A stretch of 64,000 nucleotides of DNA from Eubacteriales bacterium (GCA_045594565.1 JAZNYT010000010.1:321-64320), one strand, 5' to 3'; numbered from the stretch's first letter, positions 16,649 through 26,847 are shown. Program-made: numbers and translations. The notes: generated by a model not told the origin, from the letters alone.

Positions 16649-17950
16649 GTGGAGAATAAACTGCTTGAAAAAGCAAAGGTATGTTATTTTGTGGCAGTTG
16701 CCGTAATGATGTATTATTTTCTCAACGAATATATCGATCTCGGTATCCACGTAACCTTCCGCCACGCTTTTGCCCTCGTTCTTTTCGGCTCAGCATTGCT
16801 TATGTTTATGTACAAGCCGAATATAGCAAGAGGCGTTACCTCTTTTACAGATGCCTGCATCTACAGCACCCCCCTTGCCGTTACAACGGTAGTATCCCTC
16901 TTTATATGGTTTGTGGGACTTGCCCCTACCGGCGTTATATCCAGAGGACTTTCAAGCTCATTTATATATGCTAATATGCTATCCTTTGCCCTTGGCGCAG
17001 GTGCCTTACTTTACGTTTTCGGGAACAAGGGCGTATGGTACAATCTGCTTGCAATACTTATTGCAAATATTTTAATGATACTTACCATCATTGCCGAATA
17101 CGGTCTCGGAAGCTATATGTCGGAATTTATAACACTTATAATCACCTTCGCAGGTGTTACAGGCGATATTATCATTCAAGCGGAAATACACGAGCTTGCT
17201 TTCTGTCTCGGAGCGTATCTTATTTATATGCTATTCAAGCCCCGAAAGAGTATAATTTACTTTATATTACTCATTTTAACTCTTTTCTGCTTCTTGTCGG
17301 CACTTAAAAGAATTGCAATTATCGCCATTGTCATCGCCCTGATCTTCGGTTACATTTTGAAGTTCATTGCGAAATACAATAAAAAAACCGCAAGCGGACT
17401 GGTTATATTTTTGACGGTAGCAATAATCCTTATACTTTTAGGATACGTTGCGCTCATAAAGATGGGCGCCTTCGAGCTTCTTGAAAAAGCAGGAATAGAA
17501 ACCAGCGGACGTGTTGAGATATATCAGGCGGTAGATAAATTTTACGACTTTGATCCGGGATTTTTAGGTAACGGAATAGGCTATTTGACATATCAGCTCA
17601 ATACCTTTATGAAAGTCGGAGTTGCATCTGTTCACAACGACTTCCTTCAGCATTTCATCGACCTTGGCTTCTGGGGCTATATTATATGGCTCACCTCCAT
17701 GACGCTTGTGAGAGTTTTATATTTCGGAAGAAAGGGTAACGTGGAAAATGCAATCATTGCTTTTATGCTTACCGTTTATCTGATAATAGTTTCATCAACC
17801 GACAACACAATGAACTATCCCCTTCTGACAGGTGTTCTTGCGATGCTGATGATGGGAAACTGCTATGACGAAAACGTGAGAAATACAGAATTTAAAATAT
17901 TTAAAAGAGTTTCTAAAGAAAACAAAACAGAAAGCGATTCTTTGCTATGA
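16649..17950 (+). CDS. O-antigen ligase/polymerase family membrane protein (Wzy-like)
   Basis: 433 aa, GTG start after AGGAGG, about 10-12 TM segments. The loop with SVHNDFLQHFIDLGFWGYIIW is typical of the Wzy_C domain. Confidence 0.75.
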   Translation: MENKLLEKAKVCYFVAVAVMMYYFLNEYIDLGIHVTFRHAFALVLFGSALLMFMYKPNIARGVTSFTDACIYSTPLAVTTVVSLFIWFVGLAPTGVISRGLSSSFIYANMLSFALGAGALLYVFGNKGVWYNLLAILIANILMILTIIAEYGLGSYMSEFITLIITFAGVTGDIIIQAEIHELAFCLGAYLIYMLFKPRKSIIYFILLILTLFCFLSALKRIAIIAIVIALIFGYILKFIAKYNKKTASGLVIFLTVAIILILLGYVALIKMGAFELLEKAGIETSGRVEIYQAVDKFYDFDPGFLGNGIGYLTYQLNTFMKVGVASVHNDFLQHFIDLGFWGYIIWLTSMTLVRVLYFGRKGNVENAIIAFMLTVYLIIVSSTDNTMNYPLLTGVLAMLMMGNCYDENVRNTEFKIFKRVSKENKTESDSLL

Positions 17951-19155
17951 AAATTTTGATGGTAAACAAATTTCTCTATCCTCGCGGAGGAAGCGAAAGC
18001 TATATGCTTTATCTCGGAGAGTACTTCGAAAAGCTTGGACACGAGGTTGAGTATTTCGGAATGTACGATGAAAAGAATACCGTTGGTAATTCGGCAGGGC
18101 TTTATACTCAGAATATGGACTTTCACTCAACGGGGCTTGCCAGATTCTTATATCCTTTCAAGATAATCTACTCTTTTGAGGCAAAAAAGAAGATTATGAA
18201 GGTAATCGACACCTTCAAGCCCGATATAGTTCATATGAACAATATAAACTTTCAGCTTACCCCTTCTATTATAGACGGGATAAAGAAGAAAGGCGTACCT
18301 CTTGTTCAGACGGTGCACGACTATCAGATGATTTGCCCCAACCACCTTTTCTATAATTTCGATAAAAACACCCCTTGTGAAAAGTGTGTTCACGGTTCCG
18401 TGTTTAACTGTGTTAAAAATAAATGCATTCACGGCTCAACGGTTAAAAGCCTTTTAGGTGTTGTTGAAGCAAAGTTCTATTCGCTCCTCAAGACCTACAA
18501 AAAGGTAGACCTATTCGTTTGCCCAAGCAACTTTCTTGAGAACAAGCTTTTGAATGCGAGAAGCTTTTACAAAGGCAAAACAATAACCATACATAACTTC
18601 ATAAACAAAGAAAAGTTCACAAATACCGACAGGAAGGCAGACTCGTATATAGTATACGTGGGAAGACTTTCCAAGGAAAAGGGAATCGAAAATATTGCAG
18701 GGGCGGCAAAGCTCCTCCCCGACTACAACTTCGTTATTGCAGGTAACGGTCCCGACGAGGATATGCTCAAGGATATTCCCAACGTAAAGCTTGCGGGATT
18801 CGTTACAGGCGAAAAGCTCACAAAGCTTGTAGGAGATGCAAAGCTGCTTCTTCTCCCCTCGGTATGCTACGAAAACTGCCCACTATCCATTCTTGAGGCG
18901 CACTGTATGGGTGTCCCCGTTGTCACTATGAATAGCGGAGGAATGGCAGAGCTTGTTCGTGACGGGGTCACAGGTACTCTTGTAAACGATCCTACCCCCG
19001 AGGGCGTTGCCGCTAAATTAAAGGAAACTATTGAAAACGAAGAGTACTACAAGACTATTGAGGAAAACTGCAAAAACGAGAAGGACAACATTCTAAGCGT
19101 TAAGACCTACTCGGATATTCTGATTGGAGAATATGAAAAACTGATTTCGAGGTGA
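17947..19155 (+). CDS. glycosyltransferase family 4 (GT-B)
   Basis: 402 aa. MKILMVNKFLYPRGGSESY... and ENCPLSILEAHCMGVPVVTMNSGGMAELV. ATGA overlap with the Wzy stop. Confidence 0.85.
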   Translation: MKILMVNKFLYPRGGSESYMLYLGEYFEKLGHEVEYFGMYDEKNTVGNSAGLYTQNMDFHSTGLARFLYPFKIIYSFEAKKKIMKVIDTFKPDIVHMNNINFQLTPSIIDGIKKKGVPLVQTVHDYQMICPNHLFYNFDKNTPCEKCVHGSVFNCVKNKCIHGSTVKSLLGVVEAKFYSLLKTYKKVDLFVCPSNFLENKLLNARSFYKGKTITIHNFINKEKFTNTDRKADSYIVYVGRLSKEKGIENIAGAAKLLPDYNFVIAGNGPDEDMLKDIPNVKLAGFVTGEKLTKLVGDAKLLLLPSVCYENCPLSILEAHCMGVPVVTMNSGGMAELVRDGVTGTLVNDPTPEGVAAKLKETIENEEYYKTIEENCKNEKDNILSVKTYSDILIGEYEKLISR

Positions 19156-19160
19156 GATAA

Positions 19161-20219
19161 TTGTCCGTACCAAAGATTAGTATTATCATTCCTGTATATA
19201 ACGTAGAAAAATATATCGAAAGATGTGTCGGTTCACTCATCTCTCAAACGCTTGATGAGCTTGAAATAATACTTGTGGACGACTCCTCAACAGATTCCTC
19301 CCTTGAAATATGCAAGAGGCTTGCGGAGTCCGACTCTCGCATAAGGGTTATTCATAAAGAAAATGAGGGTGCAGGAAAGGCAAGAAATGCGGCGCTTGAA
19401 ATAGCGCGCGGTGAATATATCGGCTTTGTCGACTCTGATGATTTCGTAGAGCCCGATATGTTCAAGACCCTTTACGAAAAAGCCGAAAAATACGGCTCTG
19501 ACCTTGTGATGTCGGGTGTTTTGTTTGTAAACGGAAATATGTTCAGTAAAAAAGGCGAGCGTGTTTCAAAATCATACTTCGAAAAGGATACTCATTTCGA
19601 GAGTGACGAAGAGCTGAAGGGACTCAGGATGGGCATCATAGGTGCCAAGCCCGAGGATGCAGACGACAGTAAATACGGAATGAGCATCTGGAAGAATCTT
19701 TTCAGAGCAGAGATTATAAAGGAAAACAATATTACCTTTGAATCCGAGCGTGAGATACTTTCGGAGGATGCTCTCTTTATGATAGACTATATTTCTCATA
19801 TCAAGAAAGCAACAGGCATAAAAGAAGCTTTTTATAACTATTACAGAAACGAAGCTTCAATTTCGAAGTCATATAAAAAAGACCGATTTGAAAAGAGTCT
19901 TATTTTCGTATCACAAGTGGAAAAGAGATTCCTTAAGGACATTCCGAAAAGTGAATATCGGATATATATCTACAGATTCTGGCAGGCGATGTGCAGAGTA
20001 CTCTGCTCTCAAGAAATAATGTATGCGGCTGCCAACAACATAAGATACAGTAAGCTGAAGGAAAGACTGAAGGCGATTTGCACAAATCCTTTGACGACAG
20101 AGGCGCTTAAATCCTATCCTCTGTCAACCCTTCCTCTGAAGCAAAGAATATTTGCCTACGGAGTAAAATGGAAGCTTTACCGTGTCTTAAAAATACTTGT
20201 AGGATTAAGGAGTAGATAG
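19161..20219 (+). CDS. glycosyltransferase family 2
   Basis: 352 aa, TTG start. ISIIIPVYNVEKYIERCVGSLISQT...VDDSSTD...FVDSDD. Confidence 0.85.
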   Translation: MSVPKISIIIPVYNVEKYIERCVGSLISQTLDELEIILVDDSSTDSSLEICKRLAESDSRIRVIHKENEGAGKARNAALEIARGEYIGFVDSDDFVEPDMFKTLYEKAEKYGSDLVMSGVLFVNGNMFSKKGERVSKSYFEKDTHFESDEELKGLRMGIIGAKPEDADDSKYGMSIWKNLFRAEIIKENNITFESEREILSEDALFMIDYISHIKKATGIKEAFYNYYRNEASISKSYKKDRFEKSLIFVSQVEKRFLKDIPKSEYRIYIYRFWQAMCRVLCSQEIMYAAANNIRYSKLKERLKAICTNPLTTEALKSYPLSTLPLKQRIFAYGVKWKLYRVLKILVGLRSR

Positions 20220-20227
20220 GCGATAAT

Positions 20228-21244
20228 ATGTTTTTTTCAGTAATCGTTCCCGTATACAAGGTTGAAAAATACCTGCCGATTTGTATAGAAAGTGTGTTAC
20301 AACAGACCTTCTCGGATTTTGAGCTGATTCTTGTAAATGACGGCTCACCCGATAACTGTCCTGCTATTTGCGACAGCTACAAGGAAAAGGATAGCCGTAT
20401 CAAGGTAGTTCACAAGGCTAACGGCGGACTTGCCAGTGCCAGAAGAGCAGGAATCAAGGTTGCCGAGGGAGAGTACGTATATAACCTGGACTCCGATGAC
20501 CTTATCGAAAAAGATACTCTTGAATGTGCGCACAAAATCATAACCGAAACGGGTGCACAAATCGTATCCTTTGCATACAGATGGGTTAAGGGTGGAAAAA
20601 CCGTTAATGTCACGAACGACGGACTTGACGAGGGCTTTTATGATAAGAACGCTATCGAAAAGTATATTTACCCAAGACTGTTGATGGACAAGAATATGAA
20701 TCACGTGTCCTTCTACCTGTCGGGCAAGGCGATTAAACGAGAGTTTATCCTCCCCCATCAGCTGAACGTCAGCGAAAAGATTTCCCTTGGTGAAGACCTG
20801 TGTTGTGTTGTTCCCTGTTATCTTAACGCAGAAAGCGTGTACATAAGCAAAAAAGAAGCATATTTATACACCGTAAGAGAAGACTCTCTGTCAAAGGAAT
20901 TCAACACAAAACAGATATTCCTCATCGAAAACGTTATAAACGAAATTGCGAAGAACGATTTTAGCAAAATTTCGAACTTTGACGAACAGGTTTGCCGTTA
21001 TTCGTTCTTCATGTGCTTTGCTATACTTGCATCTGCTGCGGAAGGTAATTATTTTTCGTGTATAAAGGAATTGAAAAACAACATCAAAAGCTCAATACAC
21101 ATAAAAAAAATACCACTTGCAAAATTTGAAAGCATCTCACCGAAAACAAAAATCGGTCTCTTCCTTATGAAAAGGAGCTATTACAGAACAGCCTTTTATT
21201 TTCTTAATCTTTGTAAAAATATCAAACGCGTATTTGGGAGGTAA
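20228..21244 (+). CDS. glycosyltransferase family 2
   Basis: 338 aa. FSVIVPVYKVEKYLPICIESVLQQT...VNDGSPD...NLDSDD. Confidence 0.85.
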   Translation: MFFSVIVPVYKVEKYLPICIESVLQQTFSDFELILVNDGSPDNCPAICDSYKEKDSRIKVVHKANGGLASARRAGIKVAEGEYVYNLDSDDLIEKDTLECAHKIITETGAQIVSFAYRWVKGGKTVNVTNDGLDEGFYDKNAIEKYIYPRLLMDKNMNHVSFYLSGKAIKREFILPHQLNVSEKISLGEDLCCVVPCYLNAESVYISKKEAYLYTVREDSLSKEFNTKQIFLIENVINEIAKNDFSKISNFDEQVCRYSFFMCFAILASAAEGNYFSCIKELKNNIKSSIHIKKIPLAKFESISPKTKIGLFLMKRSYYRTAFYFLNLCKNIKRVFGR

Positions 21245-21250
21245 ATTGTT

Positions 21251-22315
21251 ATGATGCCTGATATATCGATAATTATGAGTGTATATAACGGCGAAGCTTA
21301 TATTAAGGAAGCGGTAGAAAGCGTTATAAACCAAACGTTCAAAAACTGGGAGCTTATAATTATAAACGACTGCTCAACAGACTCAACAGGGGAAATTCTT
21401 GCAGAGCTTGAAAAAGCTGACAACCGTGTTAAGGTGTACCCGAACGAGGTAAACAGAAGGCTTCCCGCCTCTCTTAACAGAGCGGTTTCACTTTGCTGGG
21501 GCAAGTACATCGCCAGAATGGATGCCGACGATATATGTCTTCCCGACAGACTTGAAAAGCAATTTAAATTTATGGAAGAAAACCCCGACGTGGATATGTC
21601 CTCCTGTAGATTTATGACAGTCAAAAACGGAGTATATATGTCGGGCGGTGCAGGCGGAAGAACAGACTGTGGTGCCATAAAAGCTATGCTCCTTGTGGCA
21701 AATCCCATTCTTCACCCCGGTATCATTGCGAAAGCGGAGGTAATGAAGGAATTCCGCTATGACACAAAGCTTACCTGCACAGAAGACCTTGAGCTTTGGA
21801 CAAGAATGATTATGGGTGGAAAAAACATCCGCATTCTCCCCGAGTGCCTTATGATTTATCGTCTTCATGATAAGCAGATTACAAGCACAACTCTTGAAAG
21901 ACAGCGCAAGGAAGTGCTTGGCATTGAAGAAAAATACTACTCTTCCCTTCTTGAAGAAATGGAGGAGGATATTAAAGAGTTTTACATAAGCGGAATTTAT
22001 TTTAGAGAAACTGCCGACATTGATAAATTTATAAAATTTGCAAAATGGCTAAAAAAGGTAAGCGCAGACAAATTCGAGAAAGAGATAATAGACTATTCTC
22101 TTTTTGAGATTCTGGCTGAATACAAAAGACGCGGCATATCAAAGAAGGACCTTTTAAAGGGTATGCTTTCCTTTGACCTTTCATTCTTGATGAAGGAGAT
22201 ATCAAGAAGAAAGAAAGTGGCAAGGGAAGACATCGAAAAATGTGTTCGTGTTGCCAAGTCTATGGGACTTAAACAGACATCGGGAACGAAGGAGTATCCT
22301 ATTTTTGAAAAATAG
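21251..22315 (+). CDS. glycosyltransferase family 2
   Basis: 354 aa. ISIIMSVYNGEAYIKEAVESVINQT...INDCSTD...RMDADD. Confidence 0.85.
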   Translation: MMPDISIIMSVYNGEAYIKEAVESVINQTFKNWELIIINDCSTDSTGEILAELEKADNRVKVYPNEVNRRLPASLNRAVSLCWGKYIARMDADDICLPDRLEKQFKFMEENPDVDMSSCRFMTVKNGVYMSGGAGGRTDCGAIKAMLLVANPILHPGIIAKAEVMKEFRYDTKLTCTEDLELWTRMIMGGKNIRILPECLMIYRLHDKQITSTTLERQRKEVLGIEEKYYSSLLEEMEEDIKEFYISGIYFRETADIDKFIKFAKWLKKVSADKFEKEIIDYSLFEILAEYKRRGISKKDLLKGMLSFDLSFLMKEISRRKKVAREDIEKCVRVAKSMGLKQTSGTKEYPIFEK

Positions 22316-22331
22316 TAAACAGGTGAAATAA

Positions 22332-23690
22332 ATGCGAATTTTTGAATATCCTTACGTAATTATAACTATTCTTGCAATGATTTTTATTCTGATGGGACTG
22401 GTTGCCCTTTATTTTACAATAAAGTCGATGAGAACGGCAAAAGGTACTGCGGAAAAAGGCTTTTGCGGAATAGGTAAAATAGAAAGCGATTTTGAAAAAG
22501 CAGGGTCACTCAGAAAAAAGAGAACTCTTCTTTATATCTCGCTCTCCCTTGACTCTGTGAAAAGAGTGTATTCGGAATCCAAAGCCTTAAGAATATACGA
22601 ATATGTAAAAAAGGTGCTCTTTAATCATTTGTGTCTTGCCATTGACGGAGAGATATCTCATTACGGCAAAGAGAATTTTGTATCACTTAATATGTTGCCT
22701 GCCGAAGATATGCCTGCCATTATGGATGCCTGCTTTGAAGAAATTAACGAGGTTATTTCAAACCACGGCGCAATAAATGTAATACGTATAAACTTCGGCT
22801 ATCATACAACAAGCTCCACGGAGGTTTCATTTAAAACCGCTCTCAGCCGAGCGAAGCAGGCGTGCAGTATTGCCGAGGACAAAGAAGAATTGTACTGTCT
22901 TTGGGATAACGTAAACGGAAAAGAATTTGAAAGAAAAATTGAAATAGAAAACAGCATACAGAACGATATTGACAACAATAAATTCTTTCTGGAGTATCAA
23001 CCCATTCTTGAAGCAAAAACTCAAAAGATTATGGGAGCGGAGGTTCTTGCGAGACTTAATTCATCAAAGGAAGGTGTTCTAACCCCCAAACATTTTCTTT
23101 CTGCGGTAAACAACGTAGGACTTAATGAAAAATTCGATTATTATATTTTCGAAAAAAATTGCAAATGGATTTCCTGTGACAAAGAAAAACGAACACAAAA
23201 AATATATACTATAAATTTTTCGCGCTTCACTCTTTGTGACCAAGCTCTTGCCGACAACATAATAAATATTGTAGAAAAATACGGTATAGACTTTTCGTGT
23301 ATTGCAATAGAAATTTTGGAAGACAAGAACCTTAATAAAGATGAAAAAGCACATATGGTAAATAATCTCAAAGTACTGAAGGAAAAAGGTATTTTGATAC
23401 TTCTTGACGATTTCGGTAAAGGCTACACAAGCTTTGGAGACTTATCTGATTTCGATATAGATATTGTAAAGATTGATAAGGACATTACTCAAAAAGCAAT
23501 CAATCATACAGGATTTTTAATTCTCAAAAACATTATAAAAACTGCTCACGATCTGGGCTTTAAGACTCTTTGTGAGGGAATTGAAACAGAAGAGCACAGA
23601 AAAATAGTAACGGAAGCAGGATGTGACTTCCTTCAAGGATATTACTTTTACCGACCAATTCCCGTTACTCAATTTGAAACTTTAATTTAA
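22332..23690 (+). CDS. membrane-anchored degenerate-GGDEF / EAL-domain c-di-GMP phosphodiesterase
   Basis: 452 aa with an N-terminal TM segment. The GGDEF-like region has HYGKENF in place of GG[DE]EF. The EAL domain has YQPIL, GAEVLAR, INFS, IEILED, LDDFGKGYTS, VKIDKD, CEGIETEE and LQGYYF. Confidence 0.8.
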   Translation: MRIFEYPYVIITILAMIFILMGLVALYFTIKSMRTAKGTAEKGFCGIGKIESDFEKAGSLRKKRTLLYISLSLDSVKRVYSESKALRIYEYVKKVLFNHLCLAIDGEISHYGKENFVSLNMLPAEDMPAIMDACFEEINEVISNHGAINVIRINFGYHTTSSTEVSFKTALSRAKQACSIAEDKEELYCLWDNVNGKEFERKIEIENSIQNDIDNNKFFLEYQPILEAKTQKIMGAEVLARLNSSKEGVLTPKHFLSAVNNVGLNEKFDYYIFEKNCKWISCDKEKRTQKIYTINFSRFTLCDQALADNIINIVEKYGIDFSCIAIEILEDKNLNKDEKAHMVNNLKVLKEKGILILLDDFGKGYTSFGDLSDFDIDIVKIDKDITQKAINHTGFLILKNIIKTAHDLGFKTLCEGIETEEHRKIVTEAGCDFLQGYYFYRPIPVTQFETLI

Positions 23691-23703
23691 CAAGGTGATT
23701 TTT

Positions 23704-24630
23704 ATGTTATCGGTAATTATTCCGTCTTATAACGAGGAGAAGTGTATAAGACACGCCTATGATGCCATCAACTCTCTACTCGAAGAAAATGGTATTGAAT
23801 GTGAGCTTATTTTCATTGATGACGGCTCTCGCGACAACACCTACAAGGTAATAACCGAGTTGTCAAGCGAAAAGAGCAACGTCGTAGGACTTCATTTTTC
23901 CAGAAATTTTGGAAAAGAATCGGCTATATCTGCAGGACTTGCTGCGGTAAACGGAGATTGTGCAGTTGTTATTGACTGCGACCTTCAGCACCCACCGGAA
24001 AAGATTGTTGAAATGTACCGTCTGTGGGAACAGGGATATGAAGTCGTTGAAGGAATAAAAAAAGACCGCGGACAGGAAAAGAAAGTGCACAGTATGAGTG
24101 CAAAGCTCTTTTACTCGGTTATCAGCCGTATGGCAGGCTTTGATATGTCTAACTCCTCTGACTTCAAGCTTCTTGACAGAAAGGTTGTAGACGTACTCAA
24201 TAAGATGCCGGAAAGAGGCTTTTTTAGAGCAATCTCTTTCTGGGTAGGTTACAATAAAACCACTGTAGAATACAGTGTTGCAGAGCGCGTTGACGGCGAA
24301 TCAAAGTGGTCAACAAGAGGACTTGTAAAGTATGCACTCTCTAATATCACCTCATATTCCACAGCACCGATGCAAATTGTAACTATACTCGGCGTAGTAA
24401 TGCTTATAATATCTTGCATATTCGGAGTTTGGGCACTTATCGACAAAATAGTCGGAAGAGCTCTTGAAGGTATGACAACCGTCATAATTATAACAATTTT
24501 CATAGGTAGTATAATTATGATAAGTCTCGGCATTATCGGATACTACATTGCACGTATTTACGAAGAAATCAAAGGCAGACCCAAGTACATAATTTCATCA
24601 ACGGTAAAAAGTACAAAAAAAGATAAATGA
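23704..24630 (+). CDS. polyprenyl-phosphate glycosyltransferase (GtrB/CsbB/ArnC-like GT2 with two C-terminal TM segments)
   Basis: ORF track 23695-24630; ATG 23704 follows AAGGTGA. LSVIIPSYNEE...FIDDGSRDNT...FSRNFGKESAISAGL...IDCDLQHPP, plus two C-terminal TM helices. Confidence 0.8.
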   Translation: MLSVIIPSYNEEKCIRHAYDAINSLLEENGIECELIFIDDGSRDNTYKVITELSSEKSNVVGLHFSRNFGKESAISAGLAAVNGDCAVVIDCDLQHPPEKIVEMYRLWEQGYEVVEGIKKDRGQEKKVHSMSAKLFYSVISRMAGFDMSNSSDFKLLDRKVVDVLNKMPERGFFRAISFWVGYNKTTVEYSVAERVDGESKWSTRGLVKYALSNITSYSTAPMQIVTILGVVMLIISCIFGVWALIDKIVGRALEGMTTVIIITIFIGSIIMISLGIIGYYIARIYEEIKGRPKYIISSTVKSTKKDK

Positions 24631-24663
24631 TTTTATCAACAAGCCAAAAAGGAGTTTTTTGCT

Positions 24664-25443
24664 ATGGAAAATAATATTACTAAAAGCATTATTAAGGGTC
24701 TTGAAAACAATGAGTTCAAGATGTACCTCCAATTTATCGTTGATAATAAGACTAAAAGAATTGTGTCGGCAGAAGCCCTTTCAAGATGGGATAACCCTGA
24801 AAAAGGTGTTATAGGCCCTGTAAATTATATTGAACATATGGAAAAAAACGGACTCATAAGTAAGCACGATTTCTATATGTTTGAATTTGCTTGCCGTCAA
24901 CTTGAAAAATGGGATAATACACAGCATAAGGATATTTCAATTTCCTGTAATTTTACAAGAATTACACTCTCAGAGGATGACTGTATCGATAAGCTCAAGG
25001 AAATATCCGAGCGCTATAGCTTTGACAAGTCAAAGCTCGCAATTGAAATAACCGAAGATTCAATAGAAAAAAACGTAGAAGTAGCACGAAGAAACGTTGC
25101 TCTCTGCAAGGAGCTTGGGTTTATGGTGTATCTGGATGACTTGGGAAGCGGTTATACTCCCCTTGCAAACCTTTGTGATTACCCCATCGACGTTGTTAAA
25201 ATAGACAGAGACATTTTGCTGAAAACCGATACTGAAAAGGGTAAGGCATTACTTTCTGGTATTATAGAGCTTGCCCACAGTATGGATATGAGTGTAATCT
25301 GTGAGGGAGTTGAGACCGAAGAGCAAAACACGCTTGTTTCTCTCTCATGCTGCGATTATATTCAGGGATGGTACTATGCAAAAGCACTTCCTTTGGAGGA
25401 ATGCGAAGAGTTTATCGAAAAGCACGCCTTGAGATTCTTTTAA
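24664..25443 (+). CDS. stand-alone EAL-domain c-di-GMP phosphodiesterase
   Basis: 259 aa. SAEALSR, SCNFT, AIEITED, LDDLGSGYT, VKIDRD, CEGVETEEQ, IQGWYY; all the usual catalytic positions appear present. Confidence 0.8.
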   Translation: MENNITKSIIKGLENNEFKMYLQFIVDNKTKRIVSAEALSRWDNPEKGVIGPVNYIEHMEKNGLISKHDFYMFEFACRQLEKWDNTQHKDISISCNFTRITLSEDDCIDKLKEISERYSFDKSKLAIEITEDSIEKNVEVARRNVALCKELGFMVYLDDLGSGYTPLANLCDYPIDVVKIDRDILLKTDTEKGKALLSGIIELAHSMDMSVICEGVETEEQNTLVSLSCCDYIQGWYYAKALPLEECEEFIEKHALRFF

Positions 25444-25465
25444 TCGAACAAAAGCAACAAAAAAA

Positions 25466-25500
25466 GTGTAGCGCGACTGAATTCGCGCTACACATTTTTT
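25466..25500. terminator. bidirectional intrinsic terminator between the polysaccharide operon and rplQ
   Basis: GTGTAGCGCG-loop-CGCGCTACAC flanked by AAAAAAA upstream and TTTTTT downstream. Confidence 0.75.
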
Positions 25501-25504
25501 ATAA

Positions 25505-25849
25505 TTACTTTACAAGCTCGATGATTGCCATTTCAGCAGCGTCACCGCGTCTGGGTCCTTTACGAAGGATTCTTGTATAACCACCGTTTCTTTCTGCATA
25601 AGCAGGAGCGATTTCGTTGAAAAGCTTTGTTACAACGTCCTCTTTAGTGATAAATGCAAGTGCCTGTCTTCTGGATGCGAGTGTATTGGTCTTACCAAGT
25701 GTAATCATCTTTTCAGCAAGGCTTCTTACTTCCTTAGCTCTTGTTAAAGTGGTTTCTATTTTACCATTTTCCAAAAGGTATGTTGTCATGCCTCTGAGCA
25801 TTGCCATTCTCTGGTCGGTTGTGCGACCTAACTTTCTTGTTCCCGGCAT
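25505..25849 (-). CDS. rplQ: 50S ribosomal protein L17
   Basis: [21 protein letters not shown]...; canonical position after rpoA. Confidence 0.97.
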   Translation of the reverse strand: MPGTRKLGRTTDQRMAMLRGMTTYLLENGKIETTLTRAKEVRSLAEKMITLGKTNTLASRRQALAFITKEDVVTKLFNEIAPAYAERNGGYTRILRKGPRRGDAAEMAIIELVK

Positions 25850-25890
25850 TTTGTGTTCCTCCTTTACTCAGTATTACAAACGTTGTGCGT

Positions 25891-26847
25891 TTACTCGTCT
25901 TCCTTCTTGAGTGAAAGTCCCATAGTTTCAAGCTTCTGGATTACTTCCTCAAGGGATTTCTTACCAAGATTACGCACCTTGATCATTTCGTCTTGTGTAC
26001 GATTAGTCAGATCGCCAACTGTGTCAATACCTGCTCTCTTCAAGCAGTTGAATGAACGAACTGACAAGTCAAGCTCCTCAATGGTCATCTCAAGCTGGAT
26101 TTTCATGACGGTTTTATCATCGTCTACCATTCCAACGGCAGGTGAATTTGCACTGTCCGAAAGATTGATAAACAATTCAAGATGATCGTTGAGAATCTTG
26201 GCGGCAATCGAAACTGCCTCTTTTGCAGTGAGTGTTCCGTCGGTCTGCACTTCAAGAGTAAGCTTGTCGAAATCTATACTGTTACCTACACGTGCGGGTG
26301 TAACGGTGTAATTAGCGTTATACACGGGTGTGTAGATGGAGTCAGTATAAATCATACCGATGGTACCTGCACCGTTCTGCTTGTTTTTATCAGAACTTAC
26401 ATATCCTCTGCCCTGATCGAAGGTAAGCTCCATATAGAACTTTGTATCAGCTGCAAGAGTTGCGATATGATGGTCGGGGTTGATAATTTCGATATCAGCG
26501 TCGGTCTTGATGTCACCTGCTGTTACCTCACCCTCGCCTGTCATATCAATTACTACTGTCTTAGGACAGTCGCAAAAGAGTTTAGCCGTAATGCCTTTTA
26601 CATTAAGGATAATTTCGGTTACGTCTTCCTTCACTCCGGATACTGTTGAGATTTCATGTAAAACACCATCTATTTTTACACAGGTTACAGCAACACCCGG
26701 AAGAGAGCTGAGAAGCACTCTGCGGAGGGAATTACCTAAAGTTATACCGAATCCTCTTTCGAGGGGTTCAATTTCGAATTTGCCATATGATCCGTTGTCG
26801 CTAACTTCAACAGTCTCTATACTCGGTCTCTTAAATTCTATCATCAT
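25891..26847 (-). CDS. rpoA: DNA-directed RNA polymerase subunit alpha
   Basis: 318 aa. [30 protein letters not shown]... and the C-terminal domain [17 protein letters not shown]. Confidence 0.97.
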   Translation of the reverse strand: MMIEFKRPSIETVEVSDNGSYGKFEIEPLERGFGITLGNSLRRVLLSSLPGVAVTCVKIDGVLHEISTVSGVKEDVTEIILNVKGITAKLFCDCPKTVVIDMTGEGEVTAGDIKTDADIEIINPDHHIATLAADTKFYMELTFDQGRGYVSSDKNKQNGAGTIGMIYTDSIYTPVYNANYTVTPARVGNSIDFDKLTLEVQTDGTLTAKEAVSIAAKILNDHLELFINLSDSANSPAVGMVDDDKTVMKIQLEMTIEELDLSVRSFNCLKRAGIDTVGDLTNRTQDEMIKVRNLGKKSLEEVIQKLETMGLSLKKEDE

